Below the pieces are notes generated by a model. The model was not told the DNA's origin and ran no database searches. It saw nothing but the letters and a program-made list of their open reading frames with translations. Shown one piece after another: positions 12,116 through 23,600 of a stretch of DNA of 64,000 nucleotides. Positions within the stretch are counted from its first letter, which is position 1, and every line of letters starts with the position of its first letter. This stretch comes from Eledone cirrhosa. Its lineage: Eukaryota. The DNA is taken from NCBI GenBank assembly GCA_964016885.1, contig OZ024743.1, positions 283,340,001 through 283,404,000 of the forward strand, written 5' to 3'. Both the position numbers and the translations under genes were made by a program.

Positions 12116-13829
12116 ATAGTATATCATGTTATAAGACAGTGTCATAAATGCTGTGTCTGTGGGGAAAATATAACAAGGCTGAAATGAAGCTTGGCTGAAA
12201 TTCCAGAATATGTTGTAGTAAAGTTGTTATTGTGTAGGATTTATTTGAATTCTTTAGATCAGGTTTCACTCCCATATGGCTGTGTCATGATAATTTTGCT
12301 TACAGAGTCAATGTAACTGTGAGAACCTGTGAAAAATTAGCATCAATGCTACAACTAGCAGATCAAAAGTTATTGTGTGATTTTTTTTACTGTTTAGTCA
12401 GGAAAGAAATAGCAGTACCCATGACCATTTTCAGGACTTCTAAGATTGGTGGGAGGATGAGTCGGCATCATCAAACTAGAGTCTTGGGCAAAATGCTTAC
12501 AACAGTGTGGACTCCTACTAAAGTCACCCAATGGCAAGGTGGTTGTCTTAAACTTGATGATAGATTAGCAACAAAGTACAGCAACTTCACAGTTCATATA
12601 TTTTTCTCTTTATATTTGTCTTATTTAATTTTTAGGGAAGGGGATTGGTTTAGTTTAGTCCTGAAAAAAGTGTGGTGTCCATAGTTCTTTTCAGATTCAC
12701 TAGGTCTGAATTAAAAGATTATTACAGCATTTCCTTTTCTAAAGTAATCACATCACACATAGCTCAATACCAACATAGCTCAATGTTGCTTGGATCAATA
12801 AAAATAAAATACAAGTCTAAGTGGGAGGATTTTTTGGCAGAATTGCAAGAGTTTTGAATTAGATGCCTTGCTGTATTTATTCCAGCTTTTAACCATTTTA
12901 TTTCCAAGTTCAAATCCTTCTGAAAACTACTTGACTAGGAACCTTAATCTACTGCCTGGTTCAGTGCTACCACCTGGATGTCTTTAGCAGAGTTCCCTCA
13001 ATTGGGGAAGGTCTTCAGTTTGAAGAGACATTCCTCCCTCTCTACCATCTGTCTCAGAGGCTCTGAAAAGTGTCAGGGGCACTTACTTCCTTTTGCTCCT
13101 GACTAACTAATAAAAAAAAGTATATAACTACTACTCAGAATTGAACAACAATGAACAACAATTTCACATTAAATATATAACTAAAAGAAACTGTCAAAAA
13201 TGTCATCCTAATTCCTTTTTATTGGCACCTAGTCTGCAATATTGCAAGAAAAGTTAATAGAATTAATATCCCTGACACACCAAAAATAACAATACTTAAG
13301 TCTTCCTCATTCCTTCTTTCTACTTCTATTTGTTTTCCAATATATCCATCTGTTTGTTCTGAATATGTGACACATAATATTCAAAGTATATATCAACAGA
13401 TGTGCAATGTAATTCTGCCTTTTCTCTCACTAATACTGTGGCCTCTGCTCCTCAGTTTTGGTTGGCCTGAAGTAACCTACATTAATGCCCTCTGAACTCA
13501 CTTGTCTCTCCTCCTTTCACCACCACTACCACTACCACCACAGTAACTATCCAGGTATCACATTAACCTCTCTACCCAATCATTTCTATCCCTAATGTCA
13601 GCCCTCCTCCTGGAAGTCTCCCTCACTAATACTTTTCATCTAGATGTTGAAAATGAAGATCAACAACAGCGATTTCAAGTCTATGTCTATCTGCCTCCTC
13701 ATGTGCATACATGTGTGTATGCAAGTGTATACGTGTATGTATGAGTGGGTATGTATGTGTTTGTGTGTGTGTGTGTGTGCTCACACATATGCATTATTAT
13801 TACTATTATATTATATCCAGGGGAAGTGA

Positions 13830-14620
13830 TTCTATGGTGGCATGGGTTGGATGTGATTTGCTTCATTCCATCTTGCCAGTCCCTTGTTGTCTCCTTCTTG
13901 AGATTTAGTATTCCTGAGATAAACCCCTCCAACTTCTTCCCATCTTTTTCACAGGCTTCTTCCACTTGGATTGCTTAAACTTTCTTTGCCCAATTGTTAT
14001 CCTTCATATGCATCACATGTCTGCACCAACACAGTCTTCTCTTTTCTATGAAGTGGGTTTCTCTAAACATACATGCATGCTAAATTCTTCACTGAATGTG
14101 TTGCTGACTCTCACTTTGCTAACAGCACATGTGTCATGGCTTTCACAGTTCTGACAAATAATTCAACTACACCAAGTTTTTTTAGTGACCACTATGAGCA
14201 TGGTAATTTACCTAATGGTGTCTGAGTCCTATTTTCTTTCTTACTTACTACAATTTTAGTCTTTGCTAGGTTTACTTTGAGGCCCTTTAATTCCAGATTT
14301 GTTTTCCCATGTCTTGAACTTCTTTTGTAGTTCTTGCTATGAGTGCTAGATCATCAACATATAGTTCTTAAGGACAGCTAGTTATGAATTCCTCTATTAT
14401 GGACTGGGGGATTACAATAAACAGGAGGGGGGTGAGCAGATTCCTACCAGCACACTAAATTCATTACTGTACTCATTGTTAACCTTCACCTTGCTGACTG
14501 TACCACTATACAATGCTTGTACAGCCCTCACAAGCCATTCATCTGTCCCTAACTTCCTAAGTGCCTATTAGATTACAGGGCATGAAATTTTGTCAAAGGC
14601 CTTTTCCAAATCTATGAAGT
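13830..14620 (-). pseudogene. Old degenerate RTE RT fragment
   Basis: Minus strand reads FIDLEKAFDK...ALRKLGTDEWLVRAVQALY...ELYVDDLALI...GLKVNLAKTK, with stops. Confidence 0.8.
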
Positions 14621-15289
14621 TAATAATTCTAAGTACTAATCTAGTACTGAGGTCGATTCTTTCTCTATTTCTCTTTCTCACTTTCTTTCTCTCTTTTTCT
14701 CCAGAAGAAATTGGAGTGTTCAAACCCGGAGAAGGATCAGCCCTGCCAAGTTTAAAATACCCAAGTATATCATTATGGATCCCCTATGACTCCATCAGGA
14801 GTTGACTCTCAGACGTAGTTTGCAAATTATGAAAACATTTGTCTGAAGAAAAGTTCCTCAAATTTTCTAAATATTTTCATAATTCACCAGAATATTATCA
14901 AAGTTTTAGATTCATGTTACAGCACATGAAGTGAACCATATATATATTCATCTTGTTCACACTGACTTTTGCAAGCACACCAACATTAGGCTCAGACACC
15001 ACCAAAGGCATAACTAGGGAAATAGCAGTGAAATTGCACCCTGCCCAAAGATCTGACATTCATCTTTCAGAGAACCATAAAATCAGCTCAATGGGCCTAA
15101 TAATAGGTATAAATGGTTTAATGATCCAGCCATCATAGTGCTTCTCATCCATGATAATCAAAGACAGATTATACATTAGAGGAAGTTTCTTTTTTCACTC
15201 AGCTTATCTGACTTTAATAGAATGGTACCTCCCTTCAAGTGACGCCCATGGCATGTGCCATGCTTGCCATATTCTAGTTATGCCTCTGG

Positions 15290-15582
15290 ACACAGCAGTA
15301 TGGTTAAGGAATTTACTTCACAGTTAAGTGGTTTTATGCTCACTCCCACTGCATGGCATCTTAGACAAGTGTCTTCTACTGCAGCATCGTGTATATGTAT
15401 ATGTGTGTGTTTATGTTTGTCTGTTTTTATATCCCATAATTTAGTGGTTCAATAAAAAAGATATCAATAAAATAAGTATCGGACTTTATAGAGTAAGTAC
15501 TGTAGTCTACTTGATTGACTAAATTCTTTTAAGGTGGTGCCCATGCATGATTACAATCTAATGACTGAAACCAGAAAAGAAA
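15290..15582 (+). mobile_element. Degenerate SINE
   Basis: tRNA-like head and a tail aaggtggtgccc..gcatg...aatgactgaaac, the reverse of the 2965-3690 copies. Confidence 0.55.
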
Positions 15583-16074
15583 CCACTTTTTGAAAGGACC
15601 CTGACATTACTACCTATATATTTTAAAGCTATTCTTTGGTCACACACTATACAGTTTATCTTTTGAATGAAGAAGATCCTCTTTGTCCTCTAAGCCATAT
15701 TGTATCATAATTCTGACACATACTTCATCCAGCCTGTTTGTTTTTTATTGTCTAAAAACAAAACAACAGGAAAAAAACAAGAACTTCATTAACAAGGAGC
15801 AGATGTTCCATAAACTTCATATAATCTTGCAATTTGAAATAAGGGCTCATCACATTAAAAATGTGAGCAAAATATCCAGGTTATAAATTAAGGGATATGT
15901 CTTACAAACTGGTACTACAGAAAATAAATTATTATCTGGCACACTCATCATCATCATTATCATCATCATTTTACATCCACTTTCCATGCTAGCATGGGTT
16001 GGGTGCATTGTCACAGTCTGAGACTAGATTGCTCAAAGAACCACATCTTGGTCTTATGTTCTATATTTGACAAG

Positions 16075-16400
16075 GTTTCTACAGCTGAATGCCCTTCCTA
16101 ATGTCAACCAGTATATTTTATCTTGGCACCAACACTAGCACGTTAAAGAGTGTATTGGATACATTATATTGTTGCATCAGCACTACCATTTTACAGAGTA
16201 TACAGGGTACATTTTATCATGGCGCCAGTTCTACCACTTTACAGAGTTTATTTGATGTATTTTATTAATACACGAACACTAACACCTTACAGAATGACAG
16301 GATACATTTTAACGTTGCATCAGCACTACCAATTTACAAAGTGTACAAGATGCATTTTATCATGGCACCAGCATGAGCATGATATAGAGTGTACTCAGTT
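16075..16400 (-). repeat. Degenerate tandem array of a ~40-45 bp subunit from the RTE 3' UTR
   Basis: Repeated ccactttacagagtgtac...cattttatcatggcaccagcact next to an inverted RTE tail (gcccttcctaa, catgctagcatggg, (cat)n). Confidence 0.6.
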
Positions 16401-16763
16401 CAATTTTTTATGTTTATGCCTTAAATGACACTTCAATCCAGCTGCTGATCTACACATCAAGCTACATTTAGTAGATATGACAGAATTTTGAGCAGAACAG
16501 GATGGCATATTTGATCAGATATTGGTGTTGGATCTTAAATCATGAATTATGAAACAGGTTAGATTTTTCATAATTCTTTATACCTTCTATGGTCAGCAGC
16601 TAGGGCTTCAAAAGAAGTGAGAGGTATATTCGCAGATTTAAGATGTACTCAGTTTATCTTTAAATCTGAGCAATGGTCTGCTTACATTGCATGCACCATT
16701 ATGTACACATCCACATATATATGTATATATATATATGCGTGTATGTGTGCATACATATGCGCG

Positions 16764-16813
<50 letters not shown>

Positions 16814-17165
16814 AATATTTAATTGCTATGTAACATTAACTTAGTGTGGGTGCACCAACTTGAGTATTCAAGGATCAAACTACCAATGTAGGATATGTCA
16901 CTTCTATCGTCATATATATAACATCAAACTCATGTCAGCATGGGAGAATTACAGTAAAAATGATGATGATGCTGCTCTCATCATCATCATTATCTTCACT
17001 ATTTAATGTCTATTTTCCTTGCTTACATGAGTTACAGGGACTATAATGTAAATAGGCCAATCTTGTTAGGTGGCTATATCATGTTTGTGTGTCTCTGTGT
17101 GTCTGTATGTATGCATGTATGTGTGTGTATATAAATATATATATATATATTTATATATATATATA

Positions 17166-17245
17166 CAGGTTGTTCCCTCAAAAATCGATACACACTTCAA
17201 CAGCATTCTAATAAAAGTGTGTATACATTTTTTGGGAACACCCTG
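17166..17245. mobile_element. 80-bp Tc1/mariner-type mini-MITE, essentially TIRs only
   Basis: TA|CAGGTTGTTCCC..AAAAAT..ATACACACTT...AAGTGTGTATACATTTTTTGGGAACACCCTG|TA. Confidence 0.75.
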
Positions 17246-17308
17246 TATATATATATGATAATAATAATAATACTGAGACAAAGTCATCAGATAGGACTGA
17301 TATATATA

Positions 17309-17612
17309 TCATCATCATCATTTTACGTCCGCTTTTCCCTGCTTGCAAGGGTGGGACAGGAACTGATTCTGGCTTGATTTCTTGATTTCTACAGCTGGAT
17401 GCCCTTCCTAACACAAACCTCATTTACAGTGAGTGCTGGGTGCTTTTTTGCTGTGGCACCTCTGCGTCCACATTACAGTGAGGGCTGGGTGCTTTATTGC
17501 CGTGGCACCTACACGACCACTTTGCAGTGGAATGATATGGACTCCAGTCCCTATCACCTCATTTCTACAGCTGAGTAAACTGGAGCAATGTAAAATAAAG
17601 TGTCTTGCTCAA
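17309..17612 (-). mobile_element. SINE family D (RTE-tailed), head truncated
   Basis: Reverse complement of the 3' part of 19321-19656. Confidence 0.85.
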
Positions 17613-17616
17613 GTAA

Positions 17617-17752
<136 letters not shown>

Positions 17753-17819
17753 ATATATATGTATGTATGTATGTATATATATATATATGTATGTATGTAT
17801 ATATATATATATATATATA

Positions 17820-18922
17820 TTTGGATTTCATAATACAAAATATTTCCATATTATGGTACTATGTGAGGTCTACAGCTACCTCCTTCAAATCTCGCCTTTA
17901 TAGACATCGTTACTCGATAAAACATGAAAACCACCGTTATGTAACAACACTCGCAGACAAGGCTTGGCAGTTGCGCGAAAATAACCAACAATTTAACCTA
18001 AAATGGGATATAATAGTACCTGCCCCTGCATATTTCAAAGGACAGGAATTTTATAAATTGTGTAATATGGAAATATTTTGTATTATGAAATCCAAAAATA
18101 TTTTATTTTATTAAATAACAGAATAGAGCGATCGTTATACTGTAACCATCGCTTGAAATCTACATTTTCATATTACAAACGCTGCCAGGATTGAACACTT
18201 GTCTCCAACTCCGTTTGATTGTCAAAATACATATTAACATTCTCTATTACTCTTAATTCTATCAACTCTTCTATTCTTTACCATTTCATATAAACTGCTA
18301 TAGATAAAATTAGATTTCTTAATTCAATTCCCTAATGCATATACCAGCAGGCTACCAGCATTGTTGTTATACAGTAGCAGTGAAAATCTCTCTCTTCCTT
18401 ACTTGACACTTTATATCTGTATTAATACTACTACACCAAACGACCAGCCCTGTCCATTGTTCAACTGGTCAAATATAGATTAAAATAGGCACTCCCAAAA
18501 ATTCTTATTTAGATAAAATAAGCCATATACTCATTGTATTCTCATTAAAAAAACCTTCTATATACTTGTTTACCAGCAAATTGAATTGCCATCTGTCATA
18601 TACTATCTCTTCTCTTCTTCCTTTCTTACAACTAATATAAATACTTTGATTTTTCTGATTTTTTCCAATTTATCCAATATCTCTGAAGAAGTGACAACTG
18701 ATTATACATTTGCTTTCGAATACTTGCTAACATTATATGATTACGCAAGCAGCGATACATAGGTATTCCGTCTGTTACAGAAACATATGTCAATACCTAA
18801 TAAATTCCTTTATAAAAGCACTTTCATTTTATATTCATCTTTTCTACATTTTCTCCGGAATATAACGTACGCTGTTCATCTCTAATGTGACGATATATTA
18901 TCACTACATTGTTGATAACTTG

Positions 18923-18930
<8 letters not shown>
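17820..18930 (+). mobile_element. 5'-truncated Penelope-like element: GIY-YIG domain, 3' UTR with HHR and a short 5' inversion
   Basis: [17 protein letters not shown]...[10 protein letters not shown]...KWDII...LCNMEIFCI...LNNRIE...CNHR. Segment 17820-17853 is the reverse complement of 18063-18096. Confidence 0.85.
18677..18796 (+). ncRNA. Hammerhead motif with a long stem-II loop and degenerate stem I
   Basis: CTGAAGA(18683)-A GTGACA...TGTTAC A-GAA-ACATATGT-C; palindromic stem III ACATATGT and a GUC site. Confidence 0.6.
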
Positions 18931-18985
<55 letters not shown>

Positions 18986-19320
18986 TTGTCGGGCATCCAC
19001 TGATGATTTATAAGTGCCCACCTACATATATTCCTACGGACTATGTGTAGGCTTCTACATAACCTGGACATTATTTTCCCAATTTGGAGAAAACTTATAA
19101 TGAAACGATCGTTTGGAAAGAGAGATGTATTTTAATTATGTCTCATATAAAATAATACAACTGGCTATCCGCAAAATACGTATAGTTAGCACCCCAAACG
19201 TAAAATTGGGATTATACTAAGGTATATCCTAATGTTTGTTGAGTGAGACGGAAGCCGGTCGGAGCATTGCTTAAAGCTTTCTCTGTTACTGTATTGAAAA
19301 AAAAAATATATATATATATA

Positions 19321-19656
19321 ATGGAGGCACATGGCCTTGCAATCGAAAGTTTGTGAGTTCAATTCTCAGACCTGGTGATGTGTTGTTTCCTTGAGCAAGA
19401 CACTTTATTTCACATTGCTCCAGTTTACTCAGCTGTAGAAATGAGATGATAGGGACTGGGGGTCCATATCATTCCACTGCAAAGTGGCCGTGTAGGTGCC
19501 ACGGCAAAAAAGCACCCAGCGCTCAATGTAAATAAGGTTGGTGTTAGAAAGGGCATCCAGCTGTAGAAATCAAGCCAGAATCAGTTCCCGTCCCACCCTT
19601 GCAAGCAGGGAAAAAGTGGACGTAAAATGAAATGATGATGATGATGATGATGATGA
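19321..19656 (+). mobile_element. SINE family D: tRNA-like head, central domain and RTE-derived tail
   Basis: B box gagttcaattc; central ccttgagcaagacactttatttcacattgctccag; tail shared with the RTE-B 3' UTR (aaaaagcacccagc...gggcatccagctgtagaaatcaagcc) and (GAT)n. Confidence 0.85.
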
Positions 19657-20019
19657 TATATATATATATACAGACAGAATGGAGGAGAGACAAAGAGAAT
19701 GAAAGAGACAGAATGTAATAATAATGTAAACTAAAAAGTATGTTGTAGGCAGAGAACATTTGAATTTAGCAATATATATATATTCCTTTGGTGCAACTAG
19801 TTAATGCCAAGAGTTCACAAGCAATAAAAACATGTTTCTAAAATTACATACTAAGTATCAACTACTGTGTATCATATATACATTGAGTTAAGCATGGAAA
19901 AGCAAATGTGTAGATAGGTCTACGACAACTATATATATATTTAGCTCAAGCATATATGTGTGTGTGTGTCTGTGTGTGTATATATATATGTGTGTGTGCA
20001 TACATATATATATATACTG

Positions 20020-20350
20020 TAAAGTAGTCGTGTAGGACCATGACATCTGGCGTCACGCATTAATACAGAAGACCCGACTTCCCATGGGTACAAGCCGAAG
20101 CTGAAGCATATAGACAATATGCCCCTACCCCCTCCCACTGTAAAAAAGCACCCAGCTCTCACTGTAAAGTGGACGAGTAGACGCCATGGAAGAAAAAGGG
20201 CATCCAGCTGTAGAAATCAAGCCAGAATCAGTTCTGTATGAGCAAGACATGGTCACCTGACCTGGCATTGCTAACAACAGGACAACTCATCTAACCCATG
20301 CAAGCGTGGAAGAATGGACGTAAAACGAAGATGACGATGATGATGATGAT
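20020..20350 (+). mobile_element. RTE family B 3' end fragment
   Basis: Homologous to 9420-9783. Confidence 0.8.
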
Positions 20351-20377
20351 ACACACACACACACACACACTTATATA

Positions 20378-20409
<32 letters not shown>

Positions 20410-20488
20410 ATGAATGAGGTGTGGTAAGGAACTAGATGCACCATAACGCACCAGAGTACTCAATACTTAGGGTAGTAGAGTGGGTAAT

Positions 20489-20600
20489 AGGAAAAAGTTT
20501 GACCCTGACGGCAGAGCTCAAGCTGTTTCGACAGCTATTTCAGTCCAGAAATAGCCGTCAAAACGGCTTGAGCTCTGCCGTCGGGGTCAAACTTTTTCCT
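20489..20600. repeat. 112-bp palindrome carrying the 3' half of an HHR-like motif
   Basis: Two 53-bp arms around the loop agtcca. Arm consensus GAC..GTC-GAA-ACGGC TTGAGCTCT GCCGT-C; no CTGANGA remains at the axis. Confidence 0.9.
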
Positions 20601-20601
20601 C

Positions 20602-22004
20602 CTTCAGGCCATAACAGAGGAGTTCAAGACAGGCTGCCCATGGGAACTCCTATACGCAGACGACCTGACACTCATAGCGGAATCAATGGCCGAGCTAGAG
20701 AAGAAATTCCAAACATGGAAGCACGGCCTAGAGTCAAAAGGACTTAAAATTAACCTGGCTAAGACCAAAGTACTAGTTTGTAGGAAAGAAAACAAGGCGG
20801 CGGTCCCTTCTGGGAAATGGTCGTGCTCGGTGTGTAGGAAAGGCGTAGGTAGAAACTCCATTTTATGTCCTAAATGCAAAGTATGGGTGCATAAAAGATG
20901 TAGTGGGATCACAGGTAGGCTAACTAAGAACATAGATTTTACATGTGGCCGGTGCTCTGGTGCAATAAGTAGCAGCAAGTGCCCACAAACTACTAGCTCT
21001 TTCAATTGCGCAGAGGGTTCTATAGAAATAGTGGACAGCTTCCGTTACCTGGGCGATAAAATCAGCAGTGGGGGAGGGTGCTCTGAAAGTACTGTAGCTA
21101 GAGTCAGAACTGGTTGGAAAAAGTTCAGAGAGCTTATACCACTATTAGCTGCTAAAGGGTTCTCACTAAAAATGAAAGGCAGGTTGTACGATGCCTGCAT
21201 ACGAACAGCAATGCTGCATGGCAGTGAGACCTGGGCATTGTGTGCAGAGGATATACGCAGACTAGAGAGGAACGAAGCTTGCATGCTCCGCTGGATGTGT
21301 AACAGTAATATACGTGAACGGCAAAGCATAAACGAACTAAGGAATAAATTAGAGATAAGAGGGATCAGATGTTGTTTACTCGAGAGAAGGCTACGTTGGT
21401 ATGGACACGTGATGCGCATGAAAGTCGATAGCTGTATAACAAAGTGCAGGGCAATAAAGATAGACGGTAGTCACGGAATAGGCAGACCTAGAAAAACCTG
21501 GGACGAGCTGATAAACTCCGACATCACACACTTACACCTCTCCAAGACAATGTCACTGGACCGAGACCTTTGGCGGTACTCAGTAACAGAGAAGACCCGC
21601 CTTACCTAAATATATAGTAAAACCTACTCCAGCCAGTAGGCATCTCTAACAAATACACCCCGTCCCACCACCCCCACCCGATCCACACCACCCCGTTCTA
21701 TGTAAAGTTATGTTGGTGCCGCGCCATCGAGGCCGAAACAAATGAGATCGTGTAGGTGTCACGACAAAAAAACACACAGTCCACGCTGTAATGTGGCCGT
21801 GTAGGCAACACGGTAAAAACCTCCCAGACCCACACTGTAAATGTGGTTGGTGTTAGGAAGGGCATCCAACTGTAGAAAACCTGCCAGACAGTCCTATGCG
21901 AGCAAGACAATCACTCTTGCCTCAAGTGGGACTACCCCCGTCCAAACCCATGCAAGCGTGGAACACGGACGTTAAACGCTGATGATGATGATGATGATGA
22001 TGAT
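20602..22004 (+). mobile_element. RTE LINE family A, 5'-truncated within RT, open to its natural stop at 21609
   Basis: LQAITEEFKTGCPWELLYADDL...TEKTRLT*; 3' UTR and (GAT)n tail; highly similar to the copy at 1-1383. Confidence 0.93.
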
Positions 22005-22043
22005 ATATATATATACATATATATACATATATATATATATATA

Positions 22044-22432
22044 TCATCATCATCATCATCATTTCATTTTATGTCTGCTTTTTCCCTGCTTGCAAGGGTG
22101 GGATGGGAACTGATTCTGGCTTGATTTCTACAGCTGGATGCCCTTCCTAACACCAACCTCATTTACAGTGAGTGCTGGGTGATTTTTTGCCGTGGCACCT
22201 ACACGACCACTTTGCAGTGGAATGATATGGACCCCAGTCCCTATCATCTCATTTCTACAGCTGAGTAAACTGGAGCAATGTGAAATAAAGTGTCTTGCTC
22301 AAGGAAACAACACATCACCTGGTCTGAGAATTGAACTCACAACCTTTCGATTGCAAGGCCAATGCTCTAACCACTAAGCCATGTGCCTCCATTGCAAGGT
22401 CAATGCTCTAACCACTAAGCCATGTGCCTCCA
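22044..22432 (-). mobile_element. SINE family D, full length, with a duplicated head segment
   Basis: Reverse complement of 19321-19656; ~42-bp tandem duplication at 22350-22432. Confidence 0.85.
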
Positions 22433-23229
22433 TATATATATATAAATATTCCATATCTTCTCTATGTATTATATTTGAGCTCCACTGTACTTGCTTATTT
22501 AATTTGCTTAAACTTGGCTGTTGAGCACACTCAGTGATTAAATATAAATAGATGAGCTAAGATTATACTGCCTAGATTCATGTATGTCAATCACCACCAC
22601 CGCCACCATCATAACCAGAATGATGATGATGATCATCATTATCATCATCCTCTTCATCGTCATCGTCATTTTTTTGTTTGCCTTTCTATGCTTACATTAG
22701 TTGGATGAGTCTTCTCCAGTACAGCTTTCCTCCACTTGTTGCATTTTTTGTCATCTCCTCTGTGAGGTTCAGCTTCCTGAGATCAGTTCTCTCTACTTCT
22801 TCTTCCTGACATTTCTTCCCCCAATGATCATCATCCACATATGACATATGTCTGTATCAGCACAATCTTCTCTCTTGCATACTACATCTGATTCCTTTTA
22901 TGCCCAGTTTTTCCTTCAACTCATCTGTACTTTGTTGTCCATGCACATTAATGCTACACATCCAACATACCCTCCTTCTTACACAGCACACATATACATG
23001 TCTCAACTCCAGTATTTCTATAATATCTCCTGTCCAAGAAACTAGACTGTAACCTTACACAACTAGAAATTGTTGTTTGCACCAAATATATATACATATA
23101 TAGTAGTGATTTCCAGAAATGGGACTCTCCATCTTTCCGTTGTTTTTTCCATTGTCTTGGTCCAATTTTGAATATATATAGATATATATAGATATATCTA
23201 AAAAGTCTGAAGTCTGTCTTAAGCCAGCA

Positions 23230-23600
23230 GGCTCATTTGGCCGGTGCTTATCCCAGTTTCATGGCATGAAGCGACTGAGAGTACAAGACTCCCTTAGGAC
23301 TGGATGCCAGTCCATCGCAGGGTCAAACCCCCAGCTATTGCTGGTACTCATTTTCAGCTTAGTATACTGGAGCAACATGAAATTAAGTGTTTTGCTCAAG
23401 AACACAATACGCAACCCAGGAATCAAACCCACAACATTCATCATCATCATCATCATCAACGTTTAACGTCCGTGTTCCACGCTTGCATGGGTTTGGACGG
23501 GGGTAGTCCCACTTGAGGCAAGAGTGATTGTCTTGCTCGCATAGGATTATGATTGTAAATTCAACATTATGATTGTAAATTCAACACCCTTACCACTAGG
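23230..23600 (-). mobile_element. SINE interrupted by an RTE-A tail fragment (23437-23546, -)
   Basis: The central domain is related to family D but the tail differs; the insert is the reverse complement of 21895-22004. Confidence 0.65.

Noticed and set aside
8166-12187. Many YI/CV/HT-repeat ORFs (also at 17.5, 36.3, 45.0 and 60.3 kb)
   Set aside because: Translations of di- and tetranucleotide microsatellites.
12319-12684. 121-aa ORF as a host exon
   Set aside because: No recognisable motif or convincing splice signals.
18995-19070. CTGATGA at ~19000 as another hammerhead
   Set aside because: No suitably placed stem II-GAAA-stem III follows.
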